Shown: positions 1 through 11,844 of the stretch, in pieces
How the letters are laid out: every line of letters starts with the position of its first letter
How positions within the stretch are numbered: the stretch's first letter is position 1
Origin: Octopus bimaculoides
Taxonomy: Eukaryota
Direction: 5' to 3'
Length of the DNA stretch: 41,006 nucleotides
Assembly (NCBI RefSeq): GCF_001194135.2
Contig: NC_068984.1
Location: forward strand, 98,678,123 to 98,719,128
Notes under the pieces: model-generated
Databases searched by the model: none
Told to the model about the DNA's origin: nothing
Seen by the model: only the letters and a program-made list of their open reading frames with translations
Program-made: the position numbers and the translations under genes

Positions 1-110
1 TATATATATATATATATATATATGTTTATATATATATATGTCTATATATATATGGGTATATATGTGTGTGTACATACATACATATGCATGTGTGTTTGTG
101 AGAGTGTGTG
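1..110. repeat. (TA)n/(TG)n microsatellite
   Basis: Direct dinucleotide repeat at the window start. Confidence 0.95.
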
Positions 111-650
111 TAATAGCAAAAACAAAACACAGTCTTTCAACCAAAGAGTGAAATAAGATAAGTTGTGGCAATGGAAAAAATACAATATATATATATATAT
201 CCATCCTTGCCATTACTTGTCTTATTTTACTATTTGGTTGAAAGACTGATTTTTCCATTACCATCTTTGTAAACATTTTCCTTCTTGTTTTGGTTTTCAT
301 ACTTTTTTGTTTACACCCCAGCAGCTCCTACATTGCTAACACCACTAAACTGAACAATATAGTCAAAAGGTGTTGAAATTTTGATGATATTTAGTCAACA
401 ACTGACGAGGGATGCAGCTTGTTCATCTGTTTCCATTTTTCCTATGAACTTCTTTGATGTCTTTCTGTGCTACCTTTTTCCTTATTATTATTATTATTAT
501 AAAATATACATATACATATATAGATACATGTACATACATATATTTGTATACTGACAGCCAGACAGATAGATAAATAATATACTCACTCAGATACATATAT
601 TTCTTGCATGTGTGTAAGTATGAACAAGTATGTATGCATACACTCACTTA

Positions 651-653
<3 letters not shown>

Positions 654-727
<74 letters not shown>

Positions 728-728
728 A

Positions 729-760
<32 letters not shown>
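654..760. repeat. Compound (CT)n(CA)n microsatellite
   Basis: Direct reading. Confidence 0.95.
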
Positions 761-762
<2 letters not shown>

Positions 763-905
763 TTAGAAATTTAGAAATAGATTGAAGAAAAAAGATAATT
801 AAGGCAATGCTGAAAATAAAATTAACACAGAAAATGATGACTATGATAAAATAATATCAAATGAAATTAGTAAAAAACATAAGTGGTAATATTAAAGTTG
901 TTGAA

Positions 906-1263
906 GTGGCAAGCTGACAGAATCGTTAGCATGCCGGCTGAAATACTTAGTGACATTTCATCTGTCTTTGTGTCCTGAGTTCAAGCACTGCTGAGGTTGA
1001 CTTACCCTTTCATTCTTTCAAGATCAATAAAATAAGTTCTAATTTATCACGGAGGTTGATTTAACTGACTTAAGCTCTCCTTCAAACTTGCTGGCTTTGT
1101 GCCAAAATTTGAAACAAATATTAAGGTTGTTAACCGAGGTTGAATTGCCTTTCATCTTTTCAGAGTCAATAAGGTAAGTTCCAGTCGAACACTGAGGTTG
1201 ATGTAATTGACTTAGCCCCTCCCCCAAACTTACTGGCCCTGTGCCAATATTTGAAACCATTAT
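906..1263 (+). mobile_element. tRNA-derived SINE (family A) with duplicated 3' module
   Basis: A-box-like GGCAAGCTGACAGAATCG and B-box-like GAGTTCAAGC. The 3' module (GAGGTTGAxTTxCCTTTCAT...GCCAAxATTTGAAAC) occurs twice. Same family as 4537-4768. Confidence 0.8.
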
Positions 1264-1938
1264 TAAAGTTGTTGGCAGCAAAAGCAGCATAAACAACAAC
1301 AAAATAACATCCTTTGTCAGTTGACTGTGAAGACCAGGTCCTGACAAAGTTACCCATATAGGATAAGTGAAGAGCAAAGTGTATTGCAAAGGCCATGCCT
1401 CTTTGCTTGATGTGTTATTTGTGGTGTTGGGGGCGAGTCATGAAAACACCAATGTACCCCTATTTGTTAAGGTACAAAGAAGGTTTTTAATGAGCCTCCA
1501 AAGGTAGATTTTGAGTAAGTGTTCCCCAATGTATTTCAGGAGATCCACTATGTCAGATGCCAGAGTAAGGGCCAAGAAGACTGGTGATGAACACAAAAGA
1601 GGAAATAATGATTTTGTCAACATTCATGTGATGCACACTAACATTGGGTTATCAGTAAATGAGAAGAACTGGGTTAAAATACAGAGCAAGGCTATGCTGT
1701 TGCTGCTTAAGGATCACTTGCCCCTACTCCAAAGATATCATTTTTATCATTGACTTCAGGGTTATGAAGGTGATGCACTGAAAATTTAAATGATCTCTCT
1801 CCCTCCTGCACAAAGTTAGCCAAAGATTCCTGGCAATGTTTCCTCTTCACCATCTGCCAAAGTTGAGGAGAAATTGAAGCTTGGAGACAAGTGGCTATGA
1901 AGTAGTAGTAGAAGAAAAAAAGTTTAAAGACCATGATA

Positions 1939-2063
1939 GGCACAGGTGTGGCTGTGTGGTAAGAAGCTTGCTTCCCAACCACATGGTTCCAGGTTCAGTC
2001 CCCCTGCATGGCACTATAGTCTTGTGAGTGGATTTGGTAGATGGAAACTGAAAGAAGCTTGTC
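1939..2063 (+). mobile_element. tRNA-derived SINE (family B), internally deleted
   Basis: GGCACAGGTGTGGCTGTGTGGTAAG...GGTTCAGTCC...GGAAACTGAAAGAAGC, matching copies at 25070, 29625 and 34860. Confidence 0.85.
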
Positions 2064-2064
2064 T

Positions 2065-2097
<33 letters not shown>

Positions 2098-2179
2098 GTA
2101 TGTATATATTTCTGTGTCCCCTTTTGACTGCTAAAATGGAAGGATTTACAACTGGATATGGAATGGGGGTAGGGATGGG

Positions 2180-2400
2180 TTAGTCCAAATGTAGAACCAT
2201 CTATTCAATGATCTCAAGCCTCTTGATTTGGATGTGGTAGCTGTGAATGAGATTAAGGTTGGGTGCAAGTGATGAAACAGGTATATATGTTAAGTTAAGC
2301 TCTTGAAATCTGTCTGGAGATTTTAGCCTAGAGTCAAGGCCTTCCTGAAGCTCTAATTGGTCATGGCCCAGAAGTGCCATGACCACTGCAGGTGGAAGTT
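2180..2400 (+). mobile_element. Possible LINE APE-endonuclease remnant
   Basis: Frame NHLFNDLKPLDLDVVAVNEIK resembles the N-terminal LxDL..LDVVAxQE motif of LINE endonucleases. Short and interrupted. Confidence 0.35.
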
Positions 2401-2687
2401 CTCACCACTTTAGGGCTTGGTGCCTTTATTTGTTTTATATATTCTTTTATTCTTTCCCTTGTTTCAGTCATTGAATTATGGCCATGCTGGGACACTACCT
2501 TGAAAAGTTTTAGCCAATCAAATTGACTGCTTTACCTTATAACTAAACATTTTCAGTCTGTTACTTTATTGTACTACATGTTCTCTCCTTCCTTGTTAAT
2601 TATATATGTACACCTGAACGTGTTTTGTCAATCCTTTTGTATGAAATATTTCGTGTTTTATGTATTGGGTCCCAATGGCAAGAAATT

Positions 2688-2900
2688 TTAGCTGTAGTTT
2701 GCAACATTGATGCCATCAGTGACGTATATGGGGGTGATGGTGAGAGCAATAGAAGCACCTACATCAGCAGTGATGACATCATCATCATCCTCATTGTCAG
2801 TTGTGACAGTAGTATTGACATCAGCAGTGGTGGCATCATCATCATCGATAGTAGCAGCATCATCATCCACACCATCATCATCGTCACCATCATCATTGTG
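2688..2900. repeat. Degenerate (CAT)/(CAG) trinucleotide low-complexity tract
   Basis: CATCATCAT-rich. Produces spurious poly-D/S/I ORFs. Confidence 0.8.
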
Positions 2901-2924
2901 ATTTGACAGAGTTTCAGGCAAAAT

Positions 2925-3300
2925 GCCTTGTAGTATTTCTTTAGATCTTTATGCTCTGGTTTCAAAACCCACCAAGGTCAACTTTGCTTTTCATCCTTTT
3001 GGAGTCATTAAAATAAAGTATATTTCAAGTCCTGGGACAATGATATCAAATAACTGCCTTCTTCTCCAAATTGTTGGCCTATGTCTAAATCAGAAACCAA
3101 TGAGAACTAGCAGAATTGTCTGAACATCAAATAAAAATAGTATTTTGCACCATTTGTTCTGGCTCTATATGTTCAAGGTTCAATTCCCACTCAGATCAAC
3201 TTTATCTTTTATCCTTCCAAGGTCAATAAAATGAAATATCAACTAATTACTGGGATAGATGGTACCACCTAAGCCCCCTCTCTTGTCCCTAAATAAGAAA
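2925..3300 (+). mobile_element. Two diverged tandem SINE family A copies
   Basis: TTCAAAACCCACCAAGGTCAACTTTGCTTTTCATCC and GTTCAATTCCCACTCAGATCAACTTTATCTTTTATCC resemble the family A B-box/body. Confidence 0.6.
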
Positions 3301-3305
3301 TCACA

Positions 3306-3318
3306 ACTGCTGCTGCTG

Positions 3319-3366
<48 letters not shown>
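3306..3366. repeat. (GCT)n(ACT)n microsatellite
   Basis: Direct reading. Confidence 0.95.
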
Positions 3367-4301
3367 AATCACATTTTTTGTTTGGATTTTTCTGTGACAA
3401 ATCATTCTACCTGTCTTTCTCGTTATTGAAATGTATTTTGTGTCTGTTTGCTTGAGTTGATTCATAGAAAAGCGAGTAGCTTTTCTATTTAATTTTTTCA
3501 ATGAAATTAGACAAAGAAAGAGACTTTTTAAACATTTTTTCACTGGTATTCAACACAAAATGTCAATGAAAAATGCTCCATGCCACTAAAAAAAATCCCT
3601 TGATTGCTGCACATAAAAAAAGGGTAAGAAAGAACAGAAAATGAAGTAGAATTATTGTAAAATAAAACAATAACATTTTGAAATATAAAAAAAAATATGT
3701 ATCTATGGTTTTTAAATATGAATGAGAATGATTCTTATGCTCTGCTTAACAATAATAACAAAAATAAAATAACATGCAGTTTTACTCATGTCACATCCCA
3801 TCAGAAAATTCTTAATATAAATAAAGTCTAATTGGATATCTAACCTGACTTGAGAGTATCACAGTGGATTCTTACCTTGCCCTGGGAATTTGTTCAAATG
3901 GAGGCATGGTGCATATGGAAATATACTTCTGTTGTAGAAACAAAGGTGGGCTTTTTGTATGCACATTGAATGAAGTGAAGCTGATCCTGGCAGACATGTG
4001 ACATGCTATTACCTCATGTGTTCAGTCCCATTAGTAACATCCCATCCACTTGCAATGATGGTAAGTGAACAGAAGCTGCAGAGGAGTAGTTGATCATTGA
4101 AGGGTGGGGGATGAAAAAAAAAGGAAGAGTAAACAGAAGAACGTTAATGAGAAAAAGGAAAGAAAAACCCACATAAATCCAGTCATGAAGAAGGTTCCAT
4201 TCCAATCAAAATCATAGAAGTTTAAGTTGGGAGATTAAGCAACATATCCTTCAGATCAGAGTTGAGCTTCTATAAAACTGATAATGATGAAGATGTACTT
4301 T

Positions 4302-4461
4302 ATCCTCCTCCTCCTCCTCCTCCTCCTCCTCCTCNNNNNNNNNNNNNNNNNNNNNNNNNNNNNNNNNNNNNNNNNNNNNNNNNNNNNNNNNNNNNNNNNN
4401 NNNNNNNNNNNNNNNNNNNNNNNNNNNNNNCTACTATTACTACTACTATTACTACTACTAT

Positions 4462-4529
<68 letters not shown>

Positions 4530-4530
4530 T
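4302..4530. repeat. (CCT)n - N gap (4335-4430) - (ACT)n
   Basis: Direct reading. Explains the poly-P/L/T/S ORFs. Confidence 0.95.
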
Positions 4531-4536
4531 TATTAA

Positions 4537-4768
4537 GGTGGCAAGCTGGCAGAATCGTTTGCATGCCGGGCAAAATGCTTAGCAGTACTTTGTCTGCTGT
4601 TACGTTCTGAGTTCAAATTCTGCTGAGGTTGACTTTGCCTTTCATTCTTTTGGGGTTGATTAAATAAGTACCAGTTATGCACTGGGGTCAATGTAATTGA
4701 CTTAATTCCTTTGTCTGTAATTGTTTGTCCCCTCTATTTTTAGCCCCTTATGGGCAATAAAGAAATAA
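4537..4768 (+). mobile_element. tRNA-derived SINE (family A), near full length
   Basis: GGTGGCAAGCTGGCAGAATCG (A box), GAGTTCAAATTC (B box), body, and AATAAAGAAATAA end. Confidence 0.9.
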
Positions 4769-5051
4769 ATTTATTATTTTTATTATTATTGTTATTATTA
4801 TTATAATATATACACATACAAGACAATCAAGCAGTAGTAGATTGTTCGAGACCACATCAATAATTTACTGTAGCTTCAAACAAAGACATCCAGAAGATGT
4901 TTATTGCTTTTAAGTGTGAACAATGCAAAAAATTGCATAAGGATCCCTTTAGATGTATTGTGCCTTGTTATAATGAGTAACAGGTAGGCAGAGTTGTGGA
5001 GTTCTCAGACATACCTAGTAAAGACCTCACCCACTGTTTTTATTGGATTGT

Positions 5052-5280
5052 TTAACGTGATAGCATTTAAACTGACCATATCTGGCCCAAATCTTCTTCT
5101 TATTTTATGCTCAACCAGCCATATCTGGATTCTCACACCTACGCTACTATGTCATTCTAAAAATAAGCAATCACATCTTCAAAATCTCTAAACTACAAGT
5201 TAATGCATGATTAATTTAAGACAATGTGAATAAATAAGTATTACATTTAACAAAAAGAAATCTGAATGCTAAAGGGTTGA
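5052..5280. mobile_element. piggyBac-like MITE (degenerate)
   Basis: Right end GAATGCTAAAGGGTTGA (TTAA-like target plus GGG terminus). Left end TTAACGTGATAGCATTTAAA is a decayed inverse. Confidence 0.55.
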
Positions 5281-5365
5281 ATTATGTTATTGTGTGATTT
5301 TATATATCATAGGTAAAATGTTAAACTGTATCTGGAAGTAGAGAAGTATGGAGTTACTTCTTAGT

Positions 5366-5685
5366 CAAGTCTATTCTGGCCCAGGCTGGCAGTACCTATG
5401 AAAGATCCCAGTTATAAGTCAAATAAACTAAGATGGTCCTGTGACTAAGGTACTGAGGACTCTGAGGAGAGCTAGCCCCTAATAATGTTTCACATATGCT
5501 CACGTAGAAGTTCAAGAGAGTAAATAATTTCTTAGTCATCACTACTCACAAGTCCATTTTGGCCCAGGATGGCAGTACGTATGAAGGGCCTCAGTTATGA
5601 GCCAAATGACAAAGATGATTCTGTGGCTAAGATATAGAGGACTCTGAAGAGAGTTAGCCCCTAAAAATATTTCATACATGCTCAC
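5366..5685. repeat. Diverged tandem duplication, 183-bp period
   Basis: GGCCCAGGCTGGCAGTAC at 5378 and GGCCCAGGATGGCAGTAC at 5561. Alignable for ~137 bp. Confidence 0.9.
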
Positions 5686-7099
5686 TGGTGTGTCAACATA
5701 CTCTGATATCACATGAACCACTACCCTGAGTTAAGAGTTAAATAGGTCCCATGTTTGAAGGGTAAGCATGGGAGAAAGCAGGAGATTAACAGAGTAAACT
5801 GTATATTAACTAGCAGAAAGCAATGAGAAACTGCTGCTGTTTCTTTTCCAAGAAAAATCATGAATTTTCAGACATTGGCATGGTGGTCCATGATTGCCTA
5901 CAACTACAAAAAATGTATGGCACATGAAGGCAGAGAGAAAGAGAGAGAGGAGGGGAGAGAGGGGGAAGAAAGCGAGTGACTAAAGAGAAAAGAAAGATTT
6001 AATTTTATATTTATTTTACTTTCTTTAATTCTTGTCAAATTTTTAATATGTTCATTGGCTGCTATTTCTTGCAGAGAAGCTGCTCCATTCATTAATAATT
6101 TTCTAACATGGTGTTTACATATTACCCCTCTCCTTATTCTTATATAACTTTGTCTTGTCCAGCCTCATAAATTTCTATGACTGTCACAACAATGTTTTAT
6201 TTGTATTTGTGAACAAGCCCTTGTGACTAATAAAGAAATCATTATCATCATCATTATTATTATTATTATTACCCATTCCATGCTAGAGTGCTTCATAAAT
6301 CTATAAATTGGTGAAACATATGTATTTATGTCGTTAACGCTAATTATTCAGATCAGATCATTATTGATTAGTTAAGTAAAGTTCAGAAATGCATGTAAAT
6401 GTAAACACCATGTGGTGAAACTACTGGGAAATGAAGGAGCTTCTCTTCTAGAAATAGCAGCCAAAATCTCCTGTAAGTCACACTCTACAATAAGGAAAAG
6501 AGATATTTCATAATGTAACATATTCCTAAAAATAGGATGGTTATGATTAGAATGTCTTTTATCATCACTTTGTTCAGCTTGGGTTGACCTGTGGCTAAAC
6601 AGCAACTTTTGATGAAGAGGGTATTGTCATTGGGGGAGCCTCTCCATGGTCATTTAGTCTCCTAAAACAGCAGCCGAATCTCTTCCAAATCACACACTAC
6701 AATCTTAAAGATGGATACCATGTAGTTTTTGATAAAGAAATAAAAGATGATGATGGTGATGACGAAAAAGATGGGAAGGTCATGAGTGGAACATTTTTAG
6801 GATTAAGGTCGGCTGGATTGGGATTGACTTGGAGCAAGTAACAATAGCTCTCGATGATCATGATAATGATGATGATGTCGACGATGATGATGATGATGTT
6901 TTATGAGTACAAAAGCATGAATATATTTAAACACTCAATTTGATGCTTCAGTGTTAGGGAAAGAAAAGTGCCATTAAAATACAACAACAACGTCAGAGAG
7001 AAAATATCAATCATGACCATAGCAAGAAAAATTCTCACAACCATTACCACCACAGCACCACCTCTTCAAACACCACCACCAACAACATGTGTTGGTACA

Positions 7100-7366
7100 T
7101 GTTTGTGTGTATGTGTGTGTGTATACATATACACTCATTTATATATATTCTATACATTATATTATTCATATACACATAAACACAGTATGCATATATGCAT
7201 ACATATATATATATATATACACAGGCACACACATATATGTGTGTATGCATATATGAATAAATAAATAATATACATGTATGCATATATGCATATATATGTA
7301 TATATGCATATATGTGTATATGTATATATGTGTGTGTTTATATATGTGTGTATATATATGTATATG

Positions 7367-7461
<95 letters not shown>

Positions 7462-7475
7462 GAATGTGTATATGT
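7100..7475. repeat. Complex (TA)/(TG)/(CA) microsatellite
   Basis: Direct reading. Confidence 0.95.
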
Positions 7476-7765
7476 AATAACCTAATGCCATTAAGTGAGA
7501 ACGTCAACAGTTTATAGACAGCAGTCAGTGATGGTGATAAAGATAAAATGGTGTGGTGAGAACCAGTGGCAGTGGTAGCGAGAGAAAGAGTTAAGGTGAT
7601 AGAGATAACTTCACAGTAACATGGCATGGTTCACTGGTCTTATGGTGGAACCAGTCAGCGAAATACAGAATATTAAATCTTCTGGTGATTCTCTTCTTTG
7701 CCACACTTGCCCATCTTTTATCTCTGTTTAACAAATCAACAGTACATTGCCAAAACAGGAAAACA

Positions 7766-7796
<31 letters not shown>

Positions 7797-7949
7797 ATTA
7801 TGGTTGTTATTGTTGTTGTTGCCATTGTTACTGTTGTTGCTGTTGTTATATTGTGTTGTAGATTGAAAGAAGAAATAAAAGAGAAAAATTTACCCCACTA
7901 AAATAAAAAAAAATGATATAAAAATTCACCCATGTCCTAAATAAAAGGA

Positions 7950-8072
7950 ACAAGAAATATATATGTGTGTGTATACATACATACATGTATGTGTATGTAT
8001 ATCTATATACATGCATACATACATGTATGTTCATGTATATCTATATTCACATGTATGTGTGTGTATGTATAA

Positions 8073-8105
<33 letters not shown>

Positions 8106-8115
8106 NNNNNNNNNN

Positions 8116-8151
<36 letters not shown>

Positions 8152-8520
8152 TGCATATAAATATATATATATACATACACATATACACACACAAATATAT
8201 GTATATATATATATATACACACACACACACATACATACACATATACACATGCATATATATATACATATATATATATATATCAATAATAGTATTTCTACAC
8301 ACACACACACACACACACACACGCACGCACACACACACACACACATATGTATCTATGTACAGAGGGTGAAACAGAGATTTAGACATATCACACCCATACT
8401 TCCACATACACACACACAATAAAATGTAAATGGAACATTTTAGAAGATATTTAGAAGTTCCATATAATCACACCTCTACACACACACACCTCTATACACA
8501 CACACACACACACACACACA
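7950..8520. repeat. Complex (TA)/(CA) microsatellite with small gap (8106-8115)
   Basis: Direct reading. Confidence 0.95.
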
Positions 8521-8779
8521 TACACTCACATACTCAAATAGAAGAAAAAATAACATCAAGAACAAATGGAGAAAAATTGTTTATTTTATGTAAATAGCAA
8601 TGCTAAAGTTGTCCAAGATAAGACCAGTTTGAGAGCAAACAACAATGCAGTGACGTGGAACAATTCCTCAGTAAACCTCTACTAACACCGTTTCATGATA
8701 TGCAGATTTTACAAATGTCGTATCTATCTATATATCTAACTGCTTGTTTCTCTTACTGTATTTTGCCTACATGTGTAGC

Positions 8780-9093
<314 letters not shown>

Positions 9094-9364
9094 TTCAGTC
9101 AGCTAAGACATCATTGGACAGCAGGCCAAACATGGCTCAGCTGGCCGAAACTTTGAAGTCACTGTCAACAATGTTCTTGTATAAGAATATAAAAGCTCTA
9201 CTCTACAAAAGTATAGAGTAACTCGTCAGGTGAATGTAAAATTGTCTTTATAACTGAACATAAAAATAAACATTAATATAGAAAGCTATATTTCTATACA
9301 TAATTATAGAATCATATACATGTTAATGTTTCACTTAAGCATAGCAATACTAATTTCATCTATA

Positions 9365-9620
9365 TTTTCATCATCATCATCACTATCATCATTTTTAGGT
9401 ACATTTTTCCATACTCACATAGGTCAGACAAAATATTATTGAGGTGGTTTTCTATGGCCAGATAGATGTTCCTCTTGTCACTAAGCCTCACCTGTTTCCT
9501 AGTAAAGTAATATTTTACTATAACCAGGCATGTTTTCACAGACGATTAGAAACGAAGGACACCACTTGTATGACACTGACAATCATCCACAACTGTCATG
9601 TGATGTGAAGGCAAGGCGAC
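9365..9620 (-). mobile_element. RTE-tail-like retroposon 3' end ending in (GAT)n
   Basis: Begins on + with CATCATCAT followed by a diverged version of the tail seen at 15488 and 18760. Confidence 0.45.
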
Positions 9621-9663
9621 AGTAACACACACCCACGCATGTACATACATATATACACACATA

Positions 9664-9698
<35 letters not shown>

Positions 9699-9708
9699 NN
9701 NNNNNNNN

Positions 9709-10864
9709 GGTTTGTATGATAGTGTATAGAGGAATATATTATTTAAAAGAGTTCCAACTCTGTCTGTTTTTTTAATGTTTTATTTATATTCTTATAAAAT
9801 TAATGTGGGATATAGAATATGGAATATATAATATAAATAGTAAAATGAAATGAAGTATTGAATGTCTTATTGAATATATGGAATATTGAGTATTAAATAT
9901 ATATAGGGGCTAGTATACTTTCCCGCTTCATAGCAGTCATCAAGGTCCTGTCTGACAGATATACTGTAGTTGACTGGCTGTCCTTTTGTCTTTTATACGC
10001 ATTCCTTTGGACAGCAGCAGTAGGTGTTTGGCTATTTTTAGAGATGGTGCCAAACCATTTTTCAAATATCTATTTTTAGAAATGATGACATTTAAGAGAT
10101 TTTTTGTGTTTTAGTTATAGGGATAAGATTTTTAAACCCCAAATAAGATTTATTTAATCATTGTTTGTTAAGAGTGGATTTGAATTTCCTAATAAAGTCC
10201 TTTTCTTTGCGTTTTCTCTCAATTTCATTCAGGTTGTAAAGTTTATGGAATGGAAATATCATAAAAGTTTTTCGACCACATATTGCCAGATGGTTACTCA
10301 GTGGTATTTGGCGGACTTCTGGGTTTTTAATCTGTTGTCGATGCACACGTGAGCGTTCCAATAGTGCATTACCTGTCTGGCCAACGTACAGTTCTTCACA
10401 ATTAGGGCATTTGATGCAATAGATTAGATTTCTACTTTTGCAGTTCATGTTCGCATTGGTGAATATTTTCCCTGTTTTTGTGTTCATATATGGGCTGGTA
10501 TGAATTGATTGGCATGTACCGCATTGGCTATCATTGCATTTGGACACAGTGAATGTTTGATTTTTGTTGCTGAGGTCAAACCTTGCCTTTGTTAATAGCT
10601 TTTTCAAGTTTTTAGGTTGTCTCTTACTGAGAGTATACGTTAATCTGTAATGATGTTTCTCAATTCCTTACTTTGTGCAAGGATTGGTAGGTTTGCTTTA
10701 GTGATATTGAAGATGTTCTGGTAGCATGGATTGTGTGTCACTATAAATGGTATGATTTGTTCTTGTTTTTCTCTTCTTTGCAGTGTCCTCACTTGTTGTA
10801 TGGGTATTTTCGAAGCCCGCTGAATACCATTTTCTATAAGTAGTGACGGGTATTTTTGTTTGAG
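9709..10864 (-). mobile_element. 5'-truncated Penelope-like retroelement (thumb + Cys linker + GIY-YIG endonuclease + 3' region)
   Basis: 10640-10864 encodes LKQKYPSLLIENGIQRA...IPFIVTHNP. 10158-10607 encodes KCNDSQCGTCQSI...NCKSRNLIYCIKCPNCEELYVGQTG...RVHR (GIY-YIG). One premature stop lies between the two parts. Confidence 0.9.
9905..9949 (-). ncRNA. Minimal hammerhead ribozyme motif (decayed) in the PLE 3' region
   Basis: Minus strand AGGACC-UUGAUGA-CUGCU(AUGA)AGCGG-GAA-AGUAUACU-A-GCCCCU. Stem II pairs 5 bp, stem III is the perfect palindrome AGTATACT, triplet CUA. C3 is U and stem I has 2 mismatches. Confidence 0.6.
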
Positions 10865-11238
10865 CCCATATGGTCTGACCACTAAGAAAAGATTGTTCTC
10901 AAGAAAATTCATCAAACGCCAGAACGTAAGCGAGCAAGACAAATGAAAAGATACAAAATATAAAGATTAGTCACATACCTGGTTTCATTGTTACCACTTA
11001 CGTAATATATACGGACGTGGACGTCTCGTGTATAGTTCTGCAAATTATATTTTGCTATGATGGTTACACTGATGAATTGTGGACATTTACGTATGTACTA
11101 CGTAAGTGGTAACAATGAAATCGGGTATGTGACTAATCTTTATATCTTGTATCATTTCATTTGTCTTACTTGCTTACGTTCTGGCATTTGCTGAATTTTC
11201 TTGAGGACAATCTTTTCTTAGTGGTCAGACCATATGGG
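10865..11238. mobile_element. Fold-back element, ~148-bp inverted arms, ~76-bp spacer
   Basis: CCCATATGGTCTGACCACTAAGAAAAGATTG... (10865-11013) is the reverse complement of 11090-11238, with scattered mismatches. Confidence 0.9.
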
Positions 11239-11423
11239 GTCTACATCTAGCATATTGGATGTCCACTTAGTGGTCATCCCTCTTATATGTATATAATATA
11301 ATTTTTCTGAATCTTCAGATTTTTCAATATGCTAGACCACTGGTTTTAAATTGATATTAATCAAATTTTTCAATTAATGCAATTTTTTCAACCTTATTTA
11401 AATACACAAACACACACACACAC

Positions 11424-11780
11424 ACACATATATATATATGGGCGGGGCATCGTTTTCTATTCAAACTTCTCCAACTTTTGGAATGTCATCCTCGCTGTAT
11501 GTGGCTGGGCATTATCTCAATGGAAGAACACCTTTCGTCTCGAAACAAAAAATGGTCGTTTTTCTTCTAGTGCTGACTTAAGCTACACAAGCTGCTCATA
11601 GTAGATCTTTGTTATCATTTGATTTGAGTTTAAAAGTTCAAAGTGGACTAAACCTTTCATATCCCATCAAACAGATAACAACACCTTATATGGGTGAAGA
11701 CCTTCTTTAGCCTGGGGTGCTGGGGTTTCCCCTTTCCCAACACACTGTCTTCGCTGCTTGACATTTTTATAGAGCACCCA
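11424..11780 (-). mobile_element. mariner (DD34D-type) transposase remnant
   Basis: Minus strand KVLLSV*WDMKGLVHFELL...YEQLV*LKSALEEKRP...VFFH*DNAQPHTARMT matches the mariner WD..G and HDNARPH motifs. Stops and frameshifts present. Confidence 0.85.
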
Positions 11781-11844
11781 TTTCTTGTCACCAGTCACTA
11801 TTCCATCCAAAAAGGTTCATTACTGAGAAATGACAGCAAAGAAG

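Noticed and set aside
1380-1900. LINE C-terminal remnant (CVICGVGASHENT...)
   Set aside because: Only vague similarity to the zf-RVT region. Not supportable without a search.
2625-2965. Poly-Asp/Ser/Met ORFs in several frames
   Set aside because: Degenerate CAT/GAT trinucleotide tract with no domain signal.
7600-7730. Minus-strand exon candidate DKRWASVAKKRITRRFNILYFADWFHHK (likewise 17020-17130)
   Set aside because: Ambiguous acceptor and frame, and no convincing donor.
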